The notes beneath the pieces were generated by a model. It was given only the letters and a program-made list of their open reading frames with translations. It did not search any database and was not told the origin of the DNA. A stretch of DNA of 64,000 nucleotides, taken from an uncultured Candidatus Saccharibacteria bacterium. Its GTDB lineage: Bacteria; Patescibacteriota; Saccharimonadia; Saccharimonadales; Saccharimonadaceae. Shown here piece by piece: positions 30,142 to 38,751 of this stretch. The stretch spans positions 981 through 64,980 of the forward strand of contig CARBES010000001.1 in NCBI GenBank assembly GCA_948944455.1, read 5' to 3'. The position numbers and the translations under genes are program-made. The stretch's first letter is position 1. Every line of letters starts with the position of its first letter.

Positions 30142-31590
30142 ATGGGTGGTCAGGTCAAAAAGTCAGAGCGTATAAAATCGACCAAGACGTCGAAGTTGGC
30201 TGCTATGGGTCGAAAATCTCACAAAAATGGTAAGATACTAGAGGACACTAAGAGCCCAAAGACTGCTGTTCTGGCTGAAAAGCCCCACAAATCGAGAAAT
30301 CAGGGTGAAGCCTATCAAGACTGGAATAACCCAGTGGTAGCATACTTTGCGAAGCACCCACGTTTCCATAAAAAACGCCCCAAGCCATCGCGGCAGGTTC
30401 GGCTCGAGCGTCAAATTCTGGCGATGTTGGCATTCTTTAGTATTTCAGTCGGACTTTGGGAGAATTTTCGCCAACTGTGGCTCCAGGGAAACGGTTTCTC
30501 GGCGACCGATGTTGGGAATATTATCGGTCTCGGTACGATCGCGAGCGCGGTCGCGCTAATCTTGGTCGGAAAATACATCAAAATGTCACGTATCAAGAAA
30601 TTTACGACCTTGATGATGGTGGTGCGCTGCGTGAGTTTACTCTTGATGGCGTTTATTAACGGGTCTGGCTGGCGCTGGCTGATTGTCGCTTTTTCAGTCT
30701 TTGATGTGGCGAATAGCGCCGTAATTATTATTAGTGTCTATCCGTTGCTCACGACCGTCGTGAAAAGCAACTCTGCTTATAGTCGACGCAAGTTGGTTGA
30801 ATACCTTTTTCGCGACGTTGGTATCATGATTGGTGGGGTTTTTATTGGTCAACAGATCGGTGGCTTAATTATCGACTATAATACTTGTTTATATATTTCG
30901 ATTGCATTTCTCGTCGTAGCAAGCATTATCATTTATCGGCTTGATCTAAAAATGACCGAAAAAGCGCCTGACGATGCAAAATTTTCAGCTTTGCATTATA
31001 TTACGCATAATAAGCTTCAACGCGGCTATATGGTCTATACTTTTCTGGCTGGCACAGCCTATAATACTGCGATTGCGCTTAAAATGCTAATGTTGACTGA
31101 TGCGTTTGATTTTTCGCCAGGTATCGCCACAAATTATCTGCTAGTGGTTGGTCTATGTGCGGATTTTATAGGTATTCTCGCCCTAAAGTACTTTACCCCG
31201 AAGAGCGACTTTTTGGCGATGTTTCTTAAGTTTGGTGTGCGCGGGATCATTCTTATTATTGCCTTCTTTGCTGACAACAACTTCATCAGTTTTTTGGCAC
31301 TGACTTGGGTTTTGCTTAGTTCGACTGCTTACGAAAACGTTAGCGACGGCTACTACATTAATGCCGTTGATAACCGCCATCAGCTGAAATACAACACTTT
31401 GCGCTATGTCGTGCACCATCTCGGGATTGCCCTAGGTACCTTTATTTGTGGACAAATGTTTCAATTTGGTCCAGGGCCAATCTTTGGTGTTTCAGCTTTG
31501 TTAATCGTCTTCCAGCTAATTGCGGCTTTTTATCTCATTCGCTTGCGCCGCAGCTTGGCGAAAAAACGTCCTGCGAAAAATCGTGACTAG
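30142..31590 (+). CDS. MFS-like transporter
   Basis: About 12 hydrophobic segments after a basic N-terminal extension. Confidence 0.75.
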   Translation: MGGQVKKSERIKSTKTSKLAAMGRKSHKNGKILEDTKSPKTAVLAEKPHKSRNQGEAYQDWNNPVVAYFAKHPRFHKKRPKPSRQVRLERQILAMLAFFSISVGLWENFRQLWLQGNGFSATDVGNIIGLGTIASAVALILVGKYIKMSRIKKFTTLMMVVRCVSLLLMAFINGSGWRWLIVAFSVFDVANSAVIIISVYPLLTTVVKSNSAYSRRKLVEYLFRDVGIMIGGVFIGQQIGGLIIDYNTCLYISIAFLVVASIIIYRLDLKMTEKAPDDAKFSALHYITHNKLQRGYMVYTFLAGTAYNTAIALKMLMLTDAFDFSPGIATNYLLVVGLCADFIGILALKYFTPKSDFLAMFLKFGVRGIILIIAFFADNNFISFLALTWVLLSSTAYENVSDGYYINAVDNRHQLKYNTLRYVVHHLGIALGTFICGQMFQFGPGPIFGVSALLIVFQLIAAFYLIRLRRSLAKKRPAKNRD

Positions 31591-31635
31591 CTCAGTTTTG
31601 CCTTAGGCGATAGGATGTGATAAAATGAAAGTATT

Positions 31636-32961
31636 ATGAGTAAAATAGATGATATTGTAAGCTTATGTAAACGTCGTGGATTTATTTTCCAAGGATCCGA
31701 TGTCTATGGTGGTATGGCCGGAACTTGGGATTTTGGTCCGCTTGGTGTGCTCTTGAAGCGGAATATCATGAATATCTGGTGGAATTATTGGGTAGATCAG
31801 CGCGACGATATGTATGGCGTCGATGCTGCCATTATTATGAATCCGCGCACTTGGGAGGCTTCAGGACATGTGGCGACTTTTGCCGACCCATTGATTGAGT
31901 GTAAAGAGTGCCACGGTCGTTTTCGAGCGGATAAACTTGTCGAGGGGGCGACCGAGAGTATTACGACGGACGAATTCCTTGCTGCGAAGGTAAAATGTCC
32001 GACTTGTGGTAAGATGAACTGGGATGAAATCAAGAAATTCAACATGATGTTCCAGACGCATGTTGGCCCAGTTGCAGATGATAACAGTATCGCATATCTT
32101 CGGCCAGAAACCGCGCAGGGTATCTTTACGAACTTTAAGAATGTTGTCGATACTATTTACCCAAGTCTACCGTTTGGGATTGCTCAACAGGGGAAGGCTT
32201 TCCGTAATGAAATTTCGCCACGCGATTTTATTTTGCGCGATCGCGAATGTAGCCAAATGGAAATTGAATACTTCGTTAAACCAAGTGAATGGGAAGAGAT
32301 CTTTGAGAAACTTCGCGCCGAGCAACACGACTTTCTCGAAAACGTGATAGGATTGCCAGCGGCGATGGTTCACGACTTCGAAGTGCCAGCAGAGGATCGT
32401 GCGCACTATTCCAAGCGTACGATTGATATTATGTTTGACTATCCCAACGGTCGGGAAGAGTTGATGGGGTTAGCCTATCGTACGGATTTTGATCTCTCGA
32501 ACATCCAAAAAGCGAGTGGTAAGAGTATGGAATATCGCGATAAAGTAACTGGCGAGAGTTTTGTGCCGCACGTTATTGAGCCGTCGATTGGAGTAGAGCG
32601 CTTGGTTATGGCTGTACTTAGCGCGGCTTATCGCGAAGAAGAGCTTGAAGACGGAGATAAACGCACAGTCCTATCTTTACCAGAGACTCTTGCGCCGTAT
32701 AAGTTCTGCGTTAGTCCGCTTTTGAAGAATAAGCCAGAATTGGTTACGAAAGCAAAGGAAGTTTACGCATTATTAAAACAGAAATATACTTTTGTCACTT
32801 GGGACGATTCTGGGAATATCGGTAAACGTTATCGTAAGCAAGACGAAATCGGTACCCCGAAATGCGTTGTAGTGGATTTCGATAGTCTCGAGAATGATGA
32901 TGTGACCGTGCGCGATCGCGATACTACTGAGCAAATTCGCGTTAAGATTAGTGATCTATAA
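31636..32961 (+). CDS. glyS: Glycine--tRNA ligase (alpha2 type)
   Basis: CKRRGF, YLRPETAQGIF, GKAFRNEISP, HVIEPS, NIGKRYRKQDEIGTP. Confidence 0.96.
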   Translation: MSKIDDIVSLCKRRGFIFQGSDVYGGMAGTWDFGPLGVLLKRNIMNIWWNYWVDQRDDMYGVDAAIIMNPRTWEASGHVATFADPLIECKECHGRFRADKLVEGATESITTDEFLAAKVKCPTCGKMNWDEIKKFNMMFQTHVGPVADDNSIAYLRPETAQGIFTNFKNVVDTIYPSLPFGIAQQGKAFRNEISPRDFILRDRECSQMEIEYFVKPSEWEEIFEKLRAEQHDFLENVIGLPAAMVHDFEVPAEDRAHYSKRTIDIMFDYPNGREELMGLAYRTDFDLSNIQKASGKSMEYRDKVTGESFVPHVIEPSIGVERLVMAVLSAAYREEELEDGDKRTVLSLPETLAPYKFCVSPLLKNKPELVTKAKEVYALLKQKYTFVTWDDSGNIGKRYRKQDEIGTPKCVVVDFDSLENDDVTVRDRDTTEQIRVKISDL

Positions 32962-33050
32962 ATTATAACGGTAGTTAGAGCGGGTAAGACCAAGAGTTTT
33001 GCCCGCTTTTTGTGCTTTCCATTCAAAGATAGAGGTGCTACAATGGAACA

Positions 33051-35291
33051 ATGGAGGCGATTTTACAGGGTTTGAACCCAGCACAAAAGGAAGCGGTCGA
33101 GACTCTGGAGGGTCCGGTACTAGTTCTGGCTGGAGCAGGCTCAGGGAAGACGAAGGTCCTCACCCATCGCATCGCTAATCTTATTGCGCATGGCGTGCGC
33201 CCAGACCAAATCCTTGCCGTGACTTTTACAAACAAGGCCGCAAAAGAAATGCGCGTGCGCTTATGGAATCTCTTGCAACGACAGCGTGAAGATGCAACCG
33301 GTCGACGCGACCTGCTTGAGGCTACGGAAAATGCCGCTCAGGCGATCGGCGAGGCTCCGAATGGCTCGTTTATGCGCTATATGGGGACTTTTCATGGAAT
33401 TTGTGTACGGATTCTTCATATAGAATATTTGGCGGCTGGAATTGATCGAAACTTTACAATTTATGACTCTGAGGACCAGCTCACCCTTATTCGTCGTATT
33501 ATGCGCGAAATGAATGTTGCGAACGATAAGACGTTGACGCCAAAAAATGCGCACGGTATGATTAGTCATTACCAAAATCTCGGTATGAGTCCAGCCGATG
33601 CTCGCCGTGAAGCCTATTATCCGAACCAGAAACGCGCGGCGGAGATTTATGAACGCTATGAACAAGAAAAGGCCGCTGCCGATGCGCTAGATTTTGACGA
33701 TCTCTTGACGAAGACGGCTGATATGTTTGAGAAAAATCCAGAAATTCGCGCGAAATGGCAGAAACGCTTCCGCCATATTCTGATTGACGAATATCAGGAT
33801 ACCAACGTCGTTCAGTATAAACTAATCAAGAGTTTGGTTAATGACGAGCGAAACATCTGCGTAGTTGGGGACGACTGGCAGTCGATTTACTCTTGGCGTG
33901 GGGCGGATTTCACCAATATCCTGAACTTTGAACGGGATTTCCCGGGTGCAAAAGTTGTGAAATTGGAGCAGAATTATCGTAGCACTGGTAATATTCTCGC
34001 CGCTTCGCAAAAAATCATCAATCAAAACAAAACCCGCACCAGCAAGACTCTTTTCACCGAAGCTGGCCAGGGCGACCCAATTACGATTGAGGGTCTTATG
34101 GACGAAACTGGCGAGGCAAACTACGTTGCGCGAATGATTACGAAATTCCGGACTGCTCAACAGTATAAGAGCTATAGTGACTTTGCGGTTCTTTATCGTA
34201 CTAATGCGCAGTCGTATGCTTTCGAGAAGGCCTTTATGACGGCACGTATCCCTTATAAGATCATTGGTGGCGTGCGCTTCTATGACCGGAAAGAAGTGAA
34301 GGATGTACTGGCGATTCTAAAACTAATCGTGAACCCGAACGATCGTGTTAGCTTGGAACGGGTGGTAAAAAATGTTTTATCTGGTGTTGGTCCGGCTTCA
34401 CTCGAGAAGTTGTTTGGTTATCTAACTGAACACCCAGAAGAAAATTTGGCTCATCTTGATGGTCTACTCGGTACCAGCCTTTTGCCACCGCGCGCGCGTA
34501 ATAGCCTTGCGCGGGTATCGAACTTTCTCAAGGATATGCGTAACGCTGAAGGGGACGACGACGGGGTACCGGGGTTAGTGCGCGAGATAGCAGAAAACGG
34601 ACCCGGTACCGTAACAGCGATTCCTGCGGTCGAGATTATCGAGAAAATTGTCAAGTACTTTGATTTTGCAACTCTGCTGCGAAGCGATACTCCAGACGGT
34701 GAGGAAAGAATGGGGAACCTTGAAGTGCTCGCCTCGAACGCCAGCGTATATGAAACGCTTGAGGATTTTTTGGCCGATGCGGCGTTGCTTAGCTCGGCCG
34801 ACGAAAGTGCGGGCGATAATGTGGTCTCGCTAATGACTTTACATGCAGCTAAAGGCCTCGAATTTCCGGTGGTTTTCATGGTGGGGATGGAAGACGGGCT
34901 GTTTCCAAGTAGTCGAGCGGATAATTCTGAGGAAGAGCTCGAAGAAGAACGTCGGCTCGCCTATGTTGGTATGACGCGCGCGATGAAAGATCTTTTCTTG
35001 ACCTTTGCGGGGTCGCGCTATGCTTTTGGCGGGCGGACCTATAATGCGCCTTCGCGCTTCCTCCTAGAACTAGGATATAATCCGTATGGTTCAGGCGCGT
35101 TTGGTGAATCTGGTGTTTACGAAGTAGGTATAAGCGAACCTGGAGCAAGCTTTGGTATTCTTGGTGGAGACCCGGACGGGGAATTTGGTGGGTCGATACC
35201 TAACAGTGCGACTAAAGATGACGCTGATTTTGGTGGGTTTAGTGACGATTTTGACCCATTCCCGGATGATGTGCCAGTTTACGAAGGCTAG
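33051..35291 (+). CDS. pcrA: ATP-dependent DNA helicase PcrA/UvrD
   Basis: AGAGSGKT, TFTNKAA, DEYQDTN, VGDDWQSIYSWRGA, LEQNYRS, TLHAAKGLEF, EERRLAYVGMTRA. Confidence 0.95.
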   Translation: MEAILQGLNPAQKEAVETLEGPVLVLAGAGSGKTKVLTHRIANLIAHGVRPDQILAVTFTNKAAKEMRVRLWNLLQRQREDATGRRDLLEATENAAQAIGEAPNGSFMRYMGTFHGICVRILHIEYLAAGIDRNFTIYDSEDQLTLIRRIMREMNVANDKTLTPKNAHGMISHYQNLGMSPADARREAYYPNQKRAAEIYERYEQEKAAADALDFDDLLTKTADMFEKNPEIRAKWQKRFRHILIDEYQDTNVVQYKLIKSLVNDERNICVVGDDWQSIYSWRGADFTNILNFERDFPGAKVVKLEQNYRSTGNILAASQKIINQNKTRTSKTLFTEAGQGDPITIEGLMDETGEANYVARMITKFRTAQQYKSYSDFAVLYRTNAQSYAFEKAFMTARIPYKIIGGVRFYDRKEVKDVLAILKLIVNPNDRVSLERVVKNVLSGVGPASLEKLFGYLTEHPEENLAHLDGLLGTSLLPPRARNSLARVSNFLKDMRNAEGDDDGVPGLVREIAENGPGTVTAIPAVEIIEKIVKYFDFATLLRSDTPDGEERMGNLEVLASNASVYETLEDFLADAALLSSADESAGDNVVSLMTLHAAKGLEFPVVFMVGMEDGLFPSSRADNSEEELEEERRLAYVGMTRAMKDLFLTFAGSRYAFGGRTYNAPSRFLLELGYNPYGSGAFGESGVYEVGISEPGASFGILGGDPDGEFGGSIPNSATKDDADFGGFSDDFDPFPDDVPVYEG

Positions 35292-35469
35292 ATTGACTTT
35301 TTTGCCAATCTGTGCTACAATGAAAAGATGGGGTCTACCCCTAGAATATTACGAAGTTGATAGGTTCTTTCTTGTCAGATTTCGTAGGCGGCGTTATTAC
35401 TATCGGGCTAGATAGTCGTAATGCTGTCTATGATAAGACGGCAAAAATTCGTCAAAAGGAGAGAACGCA

Positions 35470-36228
35470 ATGTACCGAAGACCTAGTTTAGCTGAAGCTC
35501 GCTACACCCTTGGGGACTCCTCTATATGGGAGGAAAACGGAGTTTTCTGGAGGGAGTTTTCTAGGGACCTCAGAATTTCCTTTCCTACCTCTATTCCGCT
35601 TGATCAGGACCATAATCTGGTCTGGCCGAGCCATACGCTAGATAGTCAGACCGAACCGAAGCTTAGCGAATATCTAAAGCTATATCCCGGTGCAGAAACA
35701 GTCATAGTGACCTCTGGCAGCTTTGATGGACAGAATTTCCATCTAACAACTCCGCGCGACTGTGAGCATGTGATGCTTCGCGTGACGCTGATTAGTAGCA
35801 TTATCAGCGCGTACCAAACCTTGGATGGCGAGTTCGCTCAGCGGTATGGTGCGCTCTGGTATTACGCCGATCCGGGCGGCTATGAGCTCGACAAATTCTA
35901 CAATGCGACCGATTTCTGGATTCTGCCAACTCCAGAGGCATTGCGTCCGATGCTTAATCAGCAGGCTGATAAATTCTCTGAAGATATGCGCGCGGCTGAT
36001 GAAATTTGGAGTAACTATGCTCGCAATAAGCACGAAATCCGTCACCAGATCGAAGCGGAAATTTCGCCCTTTCTGGAATCTGGAGAATGGGGTTGGTTCC
36101 CGCACGAGGATGAGGCTACGCTCTACTATTTGGGGGCCGACGGCGATGGTGAGGTTCTGGAGCTAATGTACACGGATGCGGCCTTATCGAGAATCAGGCA
36201 CCTGGTTCAGGTTGCCAAGAAGCCATAA
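35470..36228 (+). CDS. Hypothetical protein (ORFan-like)
   Basis: 252 aa, AAGGAG RBS, own promoter 35293-35321 and terminator 36251-36274. Confidence 0.7.
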   Translation: MYRRPSLAEARYTLGDSSIWEENGVFWREFSRDLRISFPTSIPLDQDHNLVWPSHTLDSQTEPKLSEYLKLYPGAETVIVTSGSFDGQNFHLTTPRDCEHVMLRVTLISSIISAYQTLDGEFAQRYGALWYYADPGGYELDKFYNATDFWILPTPEALRPMLNQQADKFSEDMRAADEIWSNYARNKHEIRHQIEAEISPFLESGEWGWFPHEDEATLYYLGADGDGEVLELMYTDAALSRIRHLVQVAKKP

Positions 36229-36250
36229 GATCACTGACCTATCAACCGTA

Positions 36251-36274
36251 TACCCCCGGCTTTGGCCGGGGGTA
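36251..36274 (+). terminator. Terminator hairpin
   Basis: TACCCCCGGC-TTTG-GCCGGGGGTA perfect 10-bp stem. Confidence 0.65.
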
Positions 36275-36326
36275 ACTTCGAGGAATTTTCAGTTTTAATA
36301 TAGTTGTGCTATAATATAAAGTAGGA

Positions 36327-37379
36327 ATGATGAAATTGCATTTCCGTTTTCGAGATTTTTGCTGTGCCGCGCTGTTGGCAGTGCTGGGTTTCTTTTTGAC
36401 GCTTAGTTGCCTGAATGGCTTGATGAGCCTGCACGGTGATGTTTACGCCGAAGACGAATCTAGCTCGGTTAATCTTGATGATGATGCAGAACATTTTGTA
36501 ACGATTTACGACCAAGGTTCAATCCGGACTGTAAAAACCGTTCGAGCGACAGTAGCAGAAGTGCTTGAGCGTTCGGATATCGTTTTGGCTGAAACTGATA
36601 TCGTCAATCCGAGCCTTGAAACAGAGATTACCAGTGATTACAATATTAATATCTATCGCGCGCGCCCGGCTATCGTGATTGATGGGGCATTGCGACGGTA
36701 CGTTATGACGGCGAGTTTCGACCCGAAGCAAATCGCGATTGAGGCTGGCCTGACGGTTTATGATGGCGACGAAGTAAAACCAGAAGTGAATCAAAACTTT
36801 CTTGAAACTGGTGCTGCCTCAACTTACCGAATTGAGCGAAACGGGGGCCGCCAGCTAACAGTTGAAGAGGTTTTGCCGTATACGACCGAAACGCGCTATG
36901 ATTATACTCGGCCAAAGGGCGAAACTACTCTAGAACAGGCCGGAGAGGATGGCCGTCGAGTTAGTGTTTATCAAATCCAATTTGAAGATAACGTAGAAGT
37001 TTCGCGCGAGCTAATTTCCGAGAACGTCGTGGTTGAACCGGTGTCAGAGATTATCGTAGTCGGCGCAAAGCTTTCAATTCCGCCCGAACGTGAACGGTGT
37101 GCGAATTGGGTGCGCGAAGCCGGCGTCGCCGAAGAAAATATCGAAGTGGCACTAGAACTAATTTATCGCGAATCGAGCTGTCGCGTTGACGCTACGAATG
37201 CTTCGTCGGGAGCTTATGGTATTCCGCAATCGTTGCCTGGAAACAAGATGGCTGCCTTTGGTGATGACTGGCAGACTAATCCGATCACGCAGATCCGTTG
37301 GATGGAACATTATGTCACTAATCGTTACGGTGGTTGGCATCAGGCAATGAACTGGTGGTGGGAGCATGGATGGTATTAA
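36327..37379 (+). CDS. DUF348/G5-domain cell-wall protein with C-terminal lytic transglycosylase-like domain (YabE/Rpf-like)
   Basis: DUF348-like TVAEVL repeats, a G5-like segment and RESS...NASSGAYGIPQSLP...NPITQIRW; conserved position upstream of rsmA. Confidence 0.85.
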   Translation: MMKLHFRFRDFCCAALLAVLGFFLTLSCLNGLMSLHGDVYAEDESSSVNLDDDAEHFVTIYDQGSIRTVKTVRATVAEVLERSDIVLAETDIVNPSLETEITSDYNINIYRARPAIVIDGALRRYVMTASFDPKQIAIEAGLTVYDGDEVKPEVNQNFLETGAASTYRIERNGGRQLTVEEVLPYTTETRYDYTRPKGETTLEQAGEDGRRVSVYQIQFEDNVEVSRELISENVVVEPVSEIIVVGAKLSIPPERERCANWVREAGVAEENIEVALELIYRESSCRVDATNASSGAYGIPQSLPGNKMAAFGDDWQTNPITQIRWMEHYVTNRYGGWHQAMNWWWEHGWY

Positions 37380-38131
37380 AGAACAAGAAGTCTCTTGGCC
37401 AGCATTGGCTTAAAAACCGTGCAGTCCTCGATGAAATTGCTGATCTAGCGCTTACCTCAGACGTAGACCTTTGCTTAGAGATTGGCCCTGGTCTTGGTAC
37501 GCTTACTTCTAGTCTACTTAAGCGTTTTGAAAAAGTTATAGCGATTGAATATGATGATGACTTAGCGCGTAAGCTTCCGGGATCCTTTCCTGGTAAAAAT
37601 CTTGACGTAGTAAACGAGGATATTTTGCGGGCAGAGATTGGTAATTTGGCTGGTGGTCAGTCCTACGCTGTGGCGGGGAATATCCCATACTATATTACTT
37701 CACCAATCATCCGCAAGTTGCTAGAAACTCAGCCGACCGCAAGAAAAATCGTACTTCTAATTCAAAAGGAAGTGGCTGAGCGTCTAGCGGCGGAACCAGG
37801 GGACTATAATTTGCTTGCCCTTTTTACGCAAAATCTTGCTGAGGTTGAACTGGGTCCGGTCGTAAAGGCAGAAGAGTTTACCCCTCCGCCAAAAGTCGAT
37901 AGCCAAGTAGTTGTTTTGACGCCGCTAGCCGAACCGCAAGTCGATCTGAAGTGTCTCGAACTAGCGAAGCGTGGTTTCTCGAGTCCGCGCAAAAAGTTAG
38001 CCGCCAATTTGTCAGGAGGGCAACGGTCGAAAGCTGATTGGCAAGAAATCTTACGCCAGAATAGTATTAATCCAGATGCTCGTGCCGAGGATCTTAGTCT
38101 TTGGGATTGGGAGACACTAAGCAGCATCTAG
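37370..38131 (+). CDS. rsmA: 16S rRNA (adenine(1518/1519)-N6)-dimethyltransferase
   Basis: KKSLGQHWL, LEIGPGLGTLT, GNIPYYITSPI, FTPPPKVDS. Confidence 0.96.
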   Translation: MVLKNKKSLGQHWLKNRAVLDEIADLALTSDVDLCLEIGPGLGTLTSSLLKRFEKVIAIEYDDDLARKLPGSFPGKNLDVVNEDILRAEIGNLAGGQSYAVAGNIPYYITSPIIRKLLETQPTARKIVLLIQKEVAERLAAEPGDYNLLALFTQNLAEVELGPVVKAEEFTPPPKVDSQVVVLTPLAEPQVDLKCLELAKRGFSSPRKKLAANLSGGQRSKADWQEILRQNSINPDARAEDLSLWDWETLSSI

Positions 38132-38635
38132 CTTAACCTTCTCCATCCTCCCTTGATTACTCTATATGGCTAGACAACGGAGGGAGAAACCATAGTGACG
38201 AGCATTATATGAGCTAGGTTCTGTTTTATCCTTATTGACATCTAGATGCCGGACTAGAAGAACTTGACTAGAAACATACCCCTGTCTGCTCCAATATTCA
38301 CCATAACTTCCTGTATTCCATAAGGCATACAACCACAGTCCGTCCTTACTTTGGGTCTTTATCATAAAGGTGGCTCCGCTGCGGACGAAGATGTTGGCAG
38401 TCTATTAGCGTTGGTTCATATTCTTCGTCCGCAGCGGGTATGCAGGATTTGCAGAAGATTACCAGGCTACCTCTGGAACAGCCACTATCGTATGGGAAAA
38501 AGATGCCAACATAGTAACTATGGCTTACTATCTGTATTTTAACCTATCGTTCGTAGCCAGCCATGCTAATAGCCGAAGTTCTGGCTTCTCCCTCCGTTGT
38601 CTAGCCATAGAGTAATATCAAGGGAGGATGAAGAA
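38128..38635. repeat. Cassette locus 4: divergent cassette pair in nested inverted repeats
   Basis: Minus arm 38162-38389 FVRSGATFMIKTQSKDG...GEYWSRQ...RHYGFSLRCLAI*; plus arm 38424-38615 FVRSGYAGFAEDY...AYYLYF...RSSGFSLRCLAIE*. Confidence 0.93.
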
Positions 38636-38751
38636 ATAAGGAAAAAGCGGAAAGACAATTTATACTTTAAGGTAAGTTCTTATCTTGAAGCGTGACTTAT
38701 AGGGAGTTTTCCTTATCGCTCGCACCATATCTGTGCTATAATTAATGTATT

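Noticed and set aside
10902..36274. Integron gene cassettes for the ORFan units
   Set aside because: No attC-like sites or integrase were seen, and the units carry their own promoters and are not arrayed.
7759..38615. Cassettes as classical DGR template/variable repeats
   Set aside because: They differ in length and at all four bases rather than only at adenines, no near-identical TR/VR pair exists, and no reverse transcriptase is in the window. An RT elsewhere cannot be excluded.
7741..38635. Repeats interpreted as a CRISPR array
   Set aside because: The repeats are inverted and dispersed, the intervening segments are 150-192-nt open reading frames, and no cas genes are present.
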